Below are positions 1 to 12,017 of a stretch of 64,000 bases of DNA, in pieces. Both the position numbers and the translations under genes were made by a program. Every line of letters begins with the position of its first letter. Positions within the stretch are counted from its first letter, which is position 1. Under the pieces are notes generated by a model. It searched no databases, had not been told where the DNA came from, and saw nothing but the letters and a program-made list of their open reading frames with translations. Source of the stretch: Marsupella aquatica (lineage: Eukaryota; Plantae; Marchantiophyta); assembly GCA_973895155.1 (NCBI GenBank), contig OZ316894.1:9647440-9711439 (forward strand), given 5' to 3'.

Positions 1-308
1 GCTTCTTAACATACGACAAATTATACAAAAACCCTAATCTCAACAAACCAAGCGCTTGAACGAGCATGCTACAGTGAACAAAAGACTTCAAAACTACTCC
101 TGCAAACTCTTCGCTACTCCAACAGAATTTGGAGTAATTTAGACCCACACTAAATATGCAGCTTTGCGACATCTGGGCACAAACCCTTGTTAGGCAACTG
201 TGAATTTTAGCATTCCAGTATAATTTGGGCATCGTAGACGAAAAGCAAATGAAAAACGGGGAAATGACTGGCCGGTAACAACGTTCTAAACCATAAAATT
301 CACCATAC

Positions 309-785
309 CTTGTTATGCATGAGGATAGCACAGCCAGGCTCCAACTGATCCTTGTCCACGAACGAGAGAATGTTTACGTAATACTCTGGACCCACGGATG
401 ATGACACAATGGCATGGTTTTCGTCAATTATCTCCTCAAGATTCCCAACGCTCATGGGAGAGCCGCGAAGATCGTCGACCTTGGAGCGATCCTCCTCATT
501 TTTGTCCTCCTGCGGCTTCAACCGTTCCTGATTGGTGACAAATTCCTCCTCCATCAACAGATAATCCTTCACCCGCTCCAGCTTCAGAAGCCTGAGCTTA
601 CACTTCGAAACAGGAGTCACCACAGGCAACCGAGCAGCTGCCTCTGGACCTTTCTGCTTACGCTGCTTCCTCCCCACACGCGTCGGTGGTGCCGCCGGCT
701 CATACTTCTTCTCCTTCTTCTCCTCCGCCTTCTTGTCACCTGGAGGCCCCGACCTCGGTAACCCTCCTGACTGCCCCTGCCCCAT
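309..785 (-). CDS. RPT2: 26S proteasome regulatory AAA-ATPase subunit 4 (RPT2), first coding exon; the gene continues beyond the left edge
   Basis: MGQG N-terminus, [18 protein letters not shown]...[19 protein letters not shown]...[32 protein letters not shown]...GCAILMHNK closely matches plant RPT2; donor AAG|GTATGG at 309/308. Confidence 0.97.
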
Positions 786-1194
786 CTCTGTTACCTCAAC
801 GATCCGCCTTTTTGCTTCACAAACTCCCGAGCGAAGTTAGGACTCCCCCTAACAAAATTGTTGTCCGTCCGTCCGCAGGCAGAAATCGCATGGGACAAGG
901 GGAAAAACCGGGCAAGGAGAAAAACCCTAATGTTTTCAGTTGCCTATTAAACCATAATAACGCGAGTCCAGATTGCCCCAGAGACGGTCAGTCAAGTGAC
1001 CTGCAGGAGCCATCATTGCCGAAATTTTAGCACGCAAAATTGAAGATCACTGGATGCTCAAAAAGCACGTGCACAGACAGTGTTCATAAAGCCAATATTT
1101 CCGTGCTGAGCCTTGGAAAAATGCCTGACCCAAACGTAGTGGCGAGCGAAAACGAGACAGCGCGTTAGTAGAGCTCAGATTTCTTTGCCCGGGA

Positions 1195-1500
1195 GCTTGA
1201 GACAATGCTTCGACCTAATTGCAAACGACTTAAATGAACGAGACAAGACTGTTCATAGTTTAGAGCAAAAGATTGCTGCACAGAGCTTGGACAAATTGCT
1301 TCAACCTAACCCACTGTGGTTGCGAACGAATTCACGAATCGAGCATGCTTCGACCTAATTGCGACCGGCTTGAGTGAGCGAGACAGAGCATATATTTCTT
1401 CAAACCAAAAATTGCTGCGCAAAGCTCTGAAGAAGCGCTTCAATCTCACCTCCTGTGATTGCGAACGAATTGGCGAATTGGCGAATTGGCGAATCGAACG
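1195..1500. repeat. Degenerate ~140-bp tandem duplication followed by a short GCGAATTG repeat
   Basis: ATGCTTCGACCTAATTGC...GAGACA...ATTGCTGC at ~1205 and ~1345; GAATTGGC repeated at ~1468-1495. Confidence 0.7.
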
Positions 1501-1649
1501 AGCGCTCTGCTCGCAAAGAAGGAGCGCGAGAACGAGAGAGAGCACGACGAGAAACGCAACACTACTGCACCAAAACAACAATAGCAACGAGAGAAAACGC
1601 TACTGCACTATCAAATGCGTTCGCTCCACTTCTTCGCCTCCTCCTCGCA

Positions 1650-3075
1650 GGACCTCTCTCGGACGGTTTACGTGTATACGTGCTCAGTTCGCCCCCTCCT
1701 TCCCAGATAGTACACTAGTTACAAACGAAACGTCTCCTCCTCGCACGACCTCTCTGGGACGCTTTACGTGAATACGTGCTCAGTTCGTCCCCTCCTGCCC
1801 AGATAGTACATTAGTCACAAAAGAATCGTGTCCTTGTCGAAGGACCTCTCTCGGACGGTTTACGTGTATACGTGCTCAGTTCGTCCCCTCCTGCCCAGAT
1901 AGTACACTAGTTACAATAGAAGGCACGAAAGTTGTGTCATGCCTTTCATTATTTTTCTTTGGAATTTTCTCAGATGGTTTTAAACTAGGGTCATATTCCA
2001 CTTATCAAGTTAGAGTTGTGACCTAAGTTTCTAGAGTAAAAACTCATGACTATGATTTATGACAAATGATAATCATGCATACTTTATATCATGATTTCTA
2101 TTTGTATTAAAAAATGGGTTCTATGCCCCACAGCAACATATGTGCATAGAAAAGAATATGGTAGATTATAAATGATTATTAAAATGATGACATGTATTAT
2201 ATTTTTTTTTATCATCAAAGAATGTGAGTAAGGTATATATTTTGGTGAATATATTTCCTTGTGCCCAGATTGTACACTAGTTATTGAAGAGGGCACTAAA
2301 GTGGTGTCATGCTATTATGCATTTCATAATGCCTGTAAAGGTACTCAGTTCCTCTCGGTGTGCCTGGCATCCCCTTGTGCCCAGATAATACACTGGTTAT
2401 TGAAGGAGGCACAAAAGTGGTGTCACGCTATAATGTGTTTCATGATTTTTCTAATTGTAATTTCATCTATGTTAGACCTATCTGGATGGTTTAGATGTAT
2501 AGGTGCTCAGTTGTCTCCTGGTGCCTAGACTGTACACTGGTTATTGAAGGAGGCATGAAAGTTGTGTCATGTTGTAATGACTTTCATTATTTTTCTCTTT
2601 GTAATTCTCTTGGATGCTTAACTTAGGTGTGTCATGCTATAATGCGTTCAAGTGTATAGGGCTAAGTTGTCTTATTGTGCCCAGATTGTACACTAGTTAT
2701 TGAACGAGGCACAAAAGTGGTGTCATGCATTTATGCGTGTCATGATTTTTCTCTTTCTAGTTTTCTTGGATAAGTGAAAGGTACTCAATTAGTCCCATTG
2801 TGCCCCAGTTGTACACTGGTTATTGAAGGAGGCACAAAAGTTGTGTCGTGCTCTTGGATTTAGTGATTTTTCTCTTTGTCGTGACTTTGTAATTTCATCT
2901 CTGCTGGACCTCTCTTGGCTGGTTTACTTGTACAGGTACTCAGTTGGTTTTTGTGCCAAGATAGTACACTAGTTATTAATGAAGGCACTAAAGTTGTATC
3001 ATGATGTAATCACTTTCATGAGTTTTCTCTTTGAAATTTTTCTCGGATGGTTTAGTGTAAAAGGTACTCAGTCTA
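1650..3075. repeat. Array of about 9-10 diverged ~95-140-bp units with core GTGCTCAGTT...CCCAGATAGTACACTAGTTA
   Basis: Near-identical units at ~1651, 1747 and 1842; decayed units at ~2262, 2340, 2480, 2660, 2780, 2910 and 3045. Confidence 0.85.
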
Positions 3076-4149
3076 ACTCCTTTCAAGCTTCCAAACGTTT
3101 TTGAGTAGCTGACTTCCTCTATGTCCAACAGAATCAATTGTTTTTGGCTTTATTAGCAAGGGCTTGACAAGATCTTTGAATTGAACCTAATATAGTCAGA
3201 TTTCATTAAAAATTGCAACACCTAGAAATCCAAAAGATGAGTGTCTCAATTTCTTGCCCCATTTCACTCATCAGTGTAATATGTAATGTATGAGAAGAAA
3301 AGAGGGTTTGATCTGCTGCGGTCCATCCCATTTACAAAAGTATATTTGAGCACTTTGGCAAACATTTAGGTCTTCAATCTCTGCCTTTATGCTATACTCA
3401 TTTCCCTCTTCCCCTCTTTAGACAGCCCCTGCCTTTTGCATTACACAGGAACCCACTAAGTAGCCGGGTCTAAACAACTTTTTACTAGGTTAACTTATTA
3501 CAGATGTGACCCCCAAACTATTTTTATTACAGACTATAGTGCCCCCCAAATAGATACAAGTCTAAGTAACCCGTATTCCCGCCCAGGGTCAGGTCTATAA
3601 TAACCCTCACTTTGGAGAATTAGCCTAGTGAAAAACTGTAAGTCTAAATACATCTTTGGTACCCATCAAATCCACAGGATGCATTCACTCAGCCTCCTTT
3701 GTAAGACCGAGGCAGTTGATTTTAGGGACTCTAGACAGATTCCACTTCGTGACACTCCCAGGCGGTTTACTCTCCAGTTCTATCAGGCTTTTCAATTCTC
3801 AGCCCAATAGGATGTCAGTCTTCATGGATTCTTTGTAGGTTCTTTGTTTGTGTTTGTTCCCTTGTTGTTATGTGGGGGATTCCTTGGCTTGTTGGACCTG
3901 TTTATCTTCTTGGGGCCTTCTTCCCTTCCTTCCCCCCCCCCCTTTATTGCATCTCTTTGCCTGTGGGACCATGTCTCCGGGTTTGGAGTTCCTGTCTTGT
4001 TGGCACTGTTATATATGATGGAGGGTTCCTCCCCCGCCCCCCCCCCCATTTTATTGGGTCTCTTTGCTGTTATACATGATGTAGGAGGGTTCCCTTTCCC
4101 CCCCTTTATTGGGTCTCTTTGCCTATGGGACCATATTATATATTATACG

Positions 4150-4396
4150 AGCCCTATGCCAGTGCTTTGCACTGTGCAAGGAGGGCAGGCCCATAGGGAT
4201 TGGCTAGGGGCATTACTGGGCAGCGGGAAGCAAATATGTGATAGGGGTGTGCATTTTTCACATCAATGGTGAGCAAAACTAGCTAATCAAATCCAACGGC
4301 TGTGGATCTTTCCTGCCCAGAAACTATTTTATATGGGTATGAAAGACAAAAAAAGGTGGTATTCCTTATTATGGTATTCCTTATTATAGTTGTAGA
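4150..4396 (-). mobile_element. Helitron-like non-autonomous element, 5' portion; same family as 33118-33658
   Basis: Clear homology to 33440-33658 (CATCAATGGT...AGCTAATC.AATCCAA.GGCTGTGGATCTTTCCTGCCCAG...CCTTATTATAGTTGTA); minus-strand terminus A|TCTACAACTATAATAAGG. Confidence 0.6.
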
Positions 4397-5196
4397 TTGG
4401 GTCTCTTTGCTATTACATATGATATCATCATATCATGTAGGAGGGTCTTTCTTTGAAAATTGCAAAGAAAAACCTTAAAAATATTAAGCTGGTACGTTCA
4501 AGCTGGTACGGTATCCACCCTGTAGATACTGAAGTTTATAGTTTATCTGGATACGATAGGACCAAAAGCTCGTCATTACTATTCGGGGAACCTTGGTTGG
4601 AGCAAAACCTTATCCGCCCACATCGAGGCGAAGAAGCGGACCTCGAGCAGAAAGACACAGAACGAGGTCGTCTGATGTTGCAGTAGTTCTTGTGTTGGAG
4701 CTGATGCGTCACCTCTCTCCTTCTCGAGCTCAGCTTTGGGAGCGGAGCTCTCGTTCGATTCCTTAAATTCGCTCGCAACTACAGTAGGTTGAAACATTTG
4801 GTTGATGCTTTTCTTGTAGCAATGCTTTCTGTATGAATTGATTGACACTCTCTCCTGTTCGTTCAATTCGCTCGCAACTGCTAGGTGGACGCATTTTCTC
4901 AAGCTTCCGGGCAGAGACGTCTTAGTTTTACTACTGCTCTAGTGCATTTGGTTTAAGCATTTTGTCAATGCTCTGTCTGCGCAGACAGAGCATTGTGTGA
5001 TCTTGAATTTGACGTTCTGAAATGTCTGTAATGATGGCTCTCGCAGTTCATTTGACCGTCCCTGCGGCAATCGGGACTCCCGGTTATGATGGTCTAACAA
5101 GCAACGAGGGTTTCTTCCCCTGCTCCGTGCGATTTCTCCCTGCGGACTGAAGGACAACAATTTTCTTGGGGAGAGTGCTCACTTTGCTCAGGAACC

Positions 5197-7999
5197 ATGC
5201 AACACTCTCTCTGCACCAGAGGTCGGGCGGTGGAAGTCCCGACCTCGAGCTTTAGGATGAGCCAAGGAGGAGCAGCTGTCGATGGGCCAACATCAAGCAG
5301 GGCATTCTTCCAGTCTTTCAATGGCCTTAGGAGGGGCTTTTCTCTCTCCTCGTCGCAAGGCGATGGGCAGGTCATTGTCATCGGCAGGACTCGTGACGTC
5401 AGGCAAGCGTCCTCGTCACTGAGGCACACTTCAGTCGTCGTCATGAGTGTGGCTGCTGAAGAACTCATTGTCCCCGTCCTGAACGACCTTCCTCTGCTGC
5501 AATATATAAATCAGAATGGCAGAATTCAGCCACCAGTTGATGCCGGCACGAAGGCGAGTGTGTTCGCAATTTTTGACAAGAATAAGAAGATTCAATATAT
5601 TGGGTTTTCCAAGGATGTGAGGAACTCATTGAGGACTTTGATGGGCCGCCGTCCGGAGTTGTGCTACTTTTATAAGATTTTCAATCTCAACTCTTTGGAT
5701 CAGAAGACTATGCTTAAATGTAGGCAACAGGTACGTCTTGAAGACAACAATTTGAAGGGTTCTTTTCTTTGATTCGTTTTCGAAGCCCTATGAGACAGTA
5801 AGCCTTCCTGTTAACGTCACACTCGCGTGTGGTCTCGGTTTGGTTCTGGCTGAATCTGTTTGTTGGTGCACTTCAGTGCTAACGTGTTAACGAGGTTTTC
5901 TATGGTGTCGTCAGCTCGGGGTTTTGGTGTATCATGCTCTTTCATGAATTCTGAACACCAATCTATGAAACTTATGGCCATTATTGAATTTGCGTTTTGC
6001 AGTGGGTATCTGAGTTGGGGTTGCCGCCAGTTGGCAACGGGGACCCCGTCCAGAAGAACCTTTGGGAACAGCCTTCTGACGCAGGGTCTATCTCCGAACG
6101 TGGTAAATTAGCCGCGGCTACTTCAATGGCTAAGACATTGGTCCAGACTATGAAAGATCGAGGCCTCAAGGAAGAGGTGAAGTTCTGAATCATCTCGTGA
6201 ATACCTTGCATTGATCACAGACCGCTGCAAGAAAATTAACCGCGTTTGCCTGCACCTGAGTTTGGCTTACACCTTTCTAAGCAACTCTGGGACAGCATAT
6301 ATTTCATAAGACTACCATTCGTTGCTTCGTCTATCTGAAGGCCGAGATTTTCGTAAACCCCTACACGGCAAGCAACCCCTTTGACTGCCACAGCAGCGCT
6401 CTCATCCGGTTTACTAAGATTCTATCAAGTAAAGTCTTGAGCCAGTTTCCGTAGATCACCTGTGAGGGTCAGACCTAAATTATGGTGTCAGTATCGCTCC
6501 GAATTTTCAGCCCTGAAGTGGTCTACATGCAAAACAAAACTCAATTCCGAAGTAGATTGTTTCTATACAACAGAGGATGGCACCTCCTTCTCCCTGGTAT
6601 TTTTGTCTGCCGCATGGATTTATTACTTCTGAGTCATATGTCGGAATGTCTGCAAGTAGTTTCCTCCACCCCCACCTCTGGCTGATTGTTCACCATTTAC
6701 TTTACATTATCATATTTCTCCAATGCCCATTTTAGGCCGGCTAGATTTTTTATGAATTTGATGCAATTCAGTCGCATAGTCCAGAAAGGTTCTGGCTACC
6801 TTCAGGGTAACAATAACCCCAGGTTAATCGTTTTTTATTCCTTCCCTTCTAACGATTTTGTGCAAGTGAAGGTAAGCTGTAGTCGATTGCTGACTGCAAG
6901 TCGTTCTTTTGGTTTGCAGATGGTTTACGATCCAGACCTACTTCCGAAGGGAAAGTGCGATGTGCTTGTGGTATGAATTCTTACAACTAAGCCTACAATA
7001 ATTGAGAAAAGATAGGGAATGCTCGAGATAGCAGTCCTATAGAGTCTTCTAAGGCGAGCTTAGGAGTGTCATACACAGGGTTTATGTATGCCATGCTGTC
7101 GTCTACTATATCGTTGAAGTGACTCGTACGTTATCTGGTCTTTGGGTGGGACAGTCGACAGATCTATCAGTAGAGGAAATGGACAAGATTAAAAAAGTCC
7201 AGGCAGAAGAAGCGGCCAAGAGGCGTGCATCTGTGGTAGTTTCTCCAACTGGGGAGAAGGTAGAGTTCGAGATCTTTTTCGAACAGAAGTTCCCTACCAA
7301 TGGAGGCTGGATGTATGACATACTCGTCACCAAAGACGACAAGGAAACAAGGTCTGTGATTGCTCGGTGTTTTGATGTCCTCCTTTTCTTTTAAACGATT
7401 CATTTCAGTGGCGTGTACTCCATTGCAAGATTGCAAGACCAATTGTTCATACCTGATAGATGTATCATCAAGCAGGCACCGTGTCATATGCGGACGGATT
7501 TATCCCGAGTCTGTAAATCTTCCTGAGGATCGATTTGTGGAGATTATTGTCGGCTTTTTGCTGGTAAGTAGGTTTCTGAGGGACGGGGTCATTTTGTCTC
7601 TGCTTCGTGACTTTGATAAGTTTCCTGGGCTGGTTTAAACATCCCAAGGGAAGCTGCCCTACGTAAGTTGTATCTTACAGCTTGCTGCTTATTCACGTAT
7701 CAACTATTCTCAAATACCGACCTGTTGTCTCGCAGCACAAAAAGGTTCCCAGGCGAACTGAGGGCTTGATGGCTGGGGACGCATTCCCTATTAATTACTT
7801 TGCTGTTTCTGAAGTTGCACAACGTTTTGACGATATGAAGGATTGGTTTGAAGGCTTGGGTGAATTACCTGAATCCTACTGGCGGTTTAACAGAATTCAT
7901 ACATATGGTGCCGGAGATGAGGTACCACTGGATCTTGGACCAGGTCCTGCTCGTGATCTACCTGATTTTGGAGCATTAGCTAGAAGTTCAGCATTGTAG
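5197..7999 (+). CDS. Probable plastid-targeted protein with a GIY-YIG-like domain (GRXS16/CAXIP1 N-terminal type) and an unrecognised C-terminal half. Exons 5197-5730, 6003-6176, 6920-6970, 7155-7351, 7476-7563, 7736-7999
   Basis: Ser/Arg-rich N-terminus; ASVFAIFDKNKKIQYIGFSKDVRNSLR...RRPELC and WVSELG..PVGN motifs; all five introns are GT-AG with consistent phases; the start could instead be the ATG at ~5257. Confidence 0.8.
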
Positions 8000-8979
8000 G
8001 CTTTCTTTCCCCGAGAGTACAGCAATGTAGCTTTCCCTGACAGTAGTTTAGGTTCAAATGTAATACTTCGCAAATAGGATTTTGTTCTGAAATGCTGGGA
8101 GGACAGCTCATCCCAGATTAGAAAACCTTATGCAAAGGTCCCATGGATTTTCTCCCACGAAAGAAAGATCTGCCCATAGGGTACGAGAGTAAAATAAATT
8201 TCGGAGGGTCCTGGACCACGTTTAGTTAATGCCCAGTAGTTAGTATTCGAACTGAAACACCTGTAACTTCACAAGAACGGCCACTTGCTCTAATCGTTCA
8301 CTTTGCACGAGTAGACCTTCGTACTTTTTTGTGAGTTTTAAATTATTCCAGACAGTTGCCATAGATAACTAGAGCAAGATTCGGTAGGGAGCATGCTAGG
8401 AATTGGCTTTTAAAGCTGCTTGCAAATCCTGGTACTTCCAGCAACAGCACTGTAAAAATTCTAGCATATCCCCTTGCCTACAAGAATCTCTTGTCCTCGT
8501 ACATCAATGATGTTGTCGAAACTGTCAATGCCCAGTTGTATTCTTGTATGGGTTTTCGGAAGGATTAATCTTCTGGGACGAGTAACAAATGTTTGAGACA
8601 TCCAACCCCGGAAGTACTCGTTGACCTAGACGTGATGGTCTGCTGTTGTCTGTCATGATTCCCCATCGTTCAGAACTTCTTACGCTAGGCTATGTCATGA
8701 GTCCTATTGGCGACAATACTCTCTCAAAGGACATGACGTATTTATAACCGTTGAAGACAGCATAGATACAGTAGTTTCTGCATTGTCATCTTGTAAAGCC
8801 AATTTGCACGTGTGATTCTCACGCCAAGAGGCACCCGACTCGAAATCTTAAGTAATCGTAAGTTCCTGAAACGTATAATCTGCCCCGGTTTTAGAGCCAA
8901 CTTCTCCTAAAATTCTTGGCCAAAGAAACTGCCTTCATCTCCTCTCGTCCAGCTTACCATGTTGGTTTCCAATTTCTTC

Positions 8980-9130
8980 AACTTTAAAGCAAAGCATGAC
9001 ATGTCTTCTCTTCATAGACAAATTGCAGTTCAATAACAGAAAGTGGAATAAACCTCTTAAACTTCAAAGCAAAACATGAGCATGTCGTCTCTTCATAGAC
9101 AAATTACAGTCCACAGACAGAATGTAGAGT
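8980..9130. repeat. ~80-bp tandem duplication
   Basis: AACTT.AAAGCAAA.CATGA...CATGTC.TCTCTTCATAGACAAATT.CAGT occurs twice. Confidence 0.75.
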
Positions 9131-9580
9131 AACCCAACGCTTAGCAAAACATAAGCCTTGGTATTTACAGCTGATTGTCCTATCCTGTCCTGTCCCGTCC
9201 CGTGGGCCTCTCTACAGTATTGCATCCCGCACTCGTTTAAGTCCCTAAAAGTGGTCCCAGCAATGCTGCCGAGCAGTGCCGACCCAAAATACCCCCAAAC
9301 TCCAGAGCGCTTTTTGGGCTAGAGTACTGTTCAAATAGGACCATAGCATCCCATTCCATGCAACAACGTTACGGTACAATCTTCCACCCTCCTTCACCGC
9401 ACGCTGACGGCATCGTGTGCCAGTTTGCTCGCTTACAGGCTTCCAGTCCTCCTCATTTCAAGTTGAATGCCCAAACACTGATATCCCCATGTTGAACGAC
9501 ATCAGCTCACAGGAATTTGACGGCTCTTTCTGGGTCAACAGGGGCGGGGAGTAGAGTAGAGTAGCGTAGCGTAGAGTAGA

Positions 9581-9584
<4 letters not shown>

Positions 9585-9624
<40 letters not shown>
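9585..9624 (+). repeat. (GA)n microsatellite, probably in the 5' UTR or promoter of the maspardin gene
   Basis: About 20 GA units, preceded by GTAGA/GTAGC pentamers. Confidence 0.9.
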
Positions 9625-9627
<3 letters not shown>

Positions 9628-9911
9628 GTGGAGGTCCGCTCGGAGTCGATTATCCTGAGAAAGGTCGCAGCGTCGTAGACCACAAGGCGAACAAGAAAGG
9701 AGGGATCGAAGGAAACGTTAGGAGATGGTAGAGGAGAGGAGTGCAACGGAAGAGGGGAAGGAAACAACGGGAAGGAGGAATGTGCTGCTGCACCCGCTGC
9801 CGCCCATCATTACTCGATGCGCCTTCTGCACCCCTGAGGAGGTATGAGAGGCAGTAATAGTACTGCCACAACCACGCCGCAAGGATTGCTGCTGGAAGAA
9901 AGACCGCCCAC

Positions 9912-10754
9912 ATGGCGAATGTGCTGCCCCCCGGTGATTTCGTCCACTTCAAGGGCAGCGTGCCGTTGCACCATGTTTCCATCGGTGCAAGTCAGTGGCG
10001 GTACTACGATCACGGGCCGAAAGGTGTGGCGCCTGTGGTCTGCCTGTGTGGCATTGCCGGAAGGGCTGAGGTGTTCTATAAGCAGATTCTGAGCCTGTCC
10101 TCCAAGGGATATAGGGTGATTGCTGCAGATGCCCCGCCAGTTCGGAATCACCGGGAGTGGGTCACTTCGTTCGAGAAATTTCTGGATAATCTCGGCGTCC
10201 ATCACATCCATTTGTATGGCACTTCTCTCGGAGGGTTTTTGGCTCAGTTCTTTGCTCAGTACAGCGTGAGGCGTGTGAAATCGCTGCTGCTCTCCAACAC
10301 CTTTTTGGACACAGCTGCCCTACACGACGACCAGGTCTGGGGATCGCTTTTGCAGTGGACTCCTGAATTTGTGTTGAAGCGGCACATTTTGTCTGGGATC
10401 CGGGATGTTCCTCAGGACCCTTCCATAGCTGACTCCATAGACTTCGTTGTGGGTCAGCTGGAAATGCTATCTCGGGACGAGCTTGCCTCACGGCTTAGGT
10501 TGAAGTCTTTGCCAGCTTCAATTGGAAAACTTGCCCTCCCGGACTCGCTAATCACGATCATGGATACGAATGACTACTGTGAAGTACCTCAGGTGCTCAA
10601 GGACCAGGTTGTAAACAGGTATCAGGGCGCTCGGCGGGCTCACCTCAAGTCAGGAGGAGACTTCCCGTTCCTTTCTCGAGCCGGAGAGGTTACATTGCAT
10701 TTACAGCTCCACTTGATGCGGGCTGGAGTTGAATGCCAAGAGCCACTACAGTAG
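9912..10754 (+). CDS. SPG21: Maspardin (SPG21/ACP33-like) alpha/beta-hydrolase-fold protein; intronless CDS
   Basis: PGDFVHFK..VPLH...QWRYYDHGPK, HLYGTSLGGFLAQ, SLLLSNTF, ELASRL, ARRAHLKSGGDFPFLSR..EVTLHLQLHL are maspardin motifs. Confidence 0.92.
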   Translation: MANVLPPGDFVHFKGSVPLHHVSIGASQWRYYDHGPKGVAPVVCLCGIAGRAEVFYKQILSLSSKGYRVIAADAPPVRNHREWVTSFEKFLDNLGVHHIHLYGTSLGGFLAQFFAQYSVRRVKSLLLSNTFLDTAALHDDQVWGSLLQWTPEFVLKRHILSGIRDVPQDPSIADSIDFVVGQLEMLSRDELASRLRLKSLPASIGKLALPDSLITIMDTNDYCEVPQVLKDQVVNRYQGARRAHLKSGGDFPFLSRAGEVTLHLQLHLMRAGVECQEPLQ

Positions 10755-11743
10755 ACGAAGATGTGACAACATCTACAGCAGGCGAGGCAAGCACAAAAAA
10801 TTGAAAGTAGTTGCAAAATGTAGTGAAACGAGCATCTATCAGAGGCGAGTTCCTGAGAAAGTGGGAGATAATTGGATCTCCTCATCAAGTGACCCAAGTA
10901 GCTATAGAAATGGTTCCACTGGAAAACCGTCACAAGAATCGAAAGGGAGCAAAGTGGAAGGTGTGTGTCATCACCACTGCAAGGAAAGTGCTCTGATCAG
11001 CCTCTAAACCCAGGCGAGCATTCCAGACATTCAAGCTCAAGTCAAATTCGCCTCGTGATGTTACCTGTTCCTCATTTGGTGCCAGATTACTCATTTCATT
11101 TACGAGACTCTGGCCAGAAGCACATTCTTTTACTTGGGGACTATTGGAGTTTCACAAAGTAGGTTTCGTGCGGGGATTGGGTTCACAACGTCGAAGTGTG
11201 TCTGTACAAATGTAGTAAGATTCGAAGACACTGTCGCTGATTGACATTGTTATGGGTGATGTATAATCCCCTCCCAAAGGACCCGTGATAACACGTCTAC
11301 CGGGAAATCTTTAGAATACATTCGTCCCTGTCCTCTATTACAAATTTCAAGTTTTGACGAGCAAGTGAGCTGCAATTGCGAGGGGCAATTGCTGTAAATC
11401 ATGTGAAATCTGTGGTAGCAACCTGATTGTCGAAGACTTTGGGGTGAACCCCAGAATCATGATTGTCTGTCTTTCCGAGGATCCTGTCGTACTCATGTCC
11501 TCACGATTCTGTCCAGCATTTATATTTCAACCTTTTTGGGTTGGTTGTTATTTCCGTCTGCGCAATGAGATGAGAGCCAAAGACTAGTAGCGCCATGAGG
11601 TGATGCAAATGACGCTAGCACATACCTGCCATTGACAAATATTGATATGCTGAAACGTCCACTTTTCAAAATTCGTTGACAGCTTCTCATTGTTCAGTTT
11701 TCACATATGTTCGTTTGAAACAGTCTGCTTTTTCAGCAGTGGG

Positions 11744-12017
11744 TACTGCTATTTTGCAACATGGTGACAGGATTGATATAGCAGTGATGAACGTAAGGTA
11801 AAAGTGCTTCGTCAACCGTCTTGAACGCCAAACTGGCGGCGGCCTTTCTGAGACGAAGATGACCTTCAGCCAATGATATTACTGCTTTTTGCAATATGGC
11901 GACAGGATTGTTGTAGCAGTGGACGAACGTAAAATAAGTGTGCTTCGTCGTCTGTCCTGAAAGCCAAATCTTGTGGTGGCCTTTCTGAGACGCGAACATG
12001 ACTTGCAGCCAATGATA
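11744..12017. repeat. ~135-bp tandem duplication
   Basis: TACTGCT.TTTTGCAA.ATGG.GACAGGATTG...GGCCTTTCTGAGACG...CAGCCAATGATA occurs twice. Confidence 0.8.

Noticed and set aside
414-761. Antisense and alternate-frame ORFs over RPT2 (likewise over maspardin, LEA, DnaJ and the kinase exons)
   Set aside because: They are shadows of real coding exons
1500-1550. AACGAGAGAGAGCACG resembles part of miR535
   Set aside because: The ends mismatch, no convincing star arm is present, and the GA-rich sequence can match by chance
1316-1771. 151-aa ORF
   Set aside because: It runs through tandem repeats and has no recognisable domain
3844-4272. Hydrophobic 142-aa ORF
   Set aside because: Made of low-complexity repeats plus a TE end, with a non-ATG start
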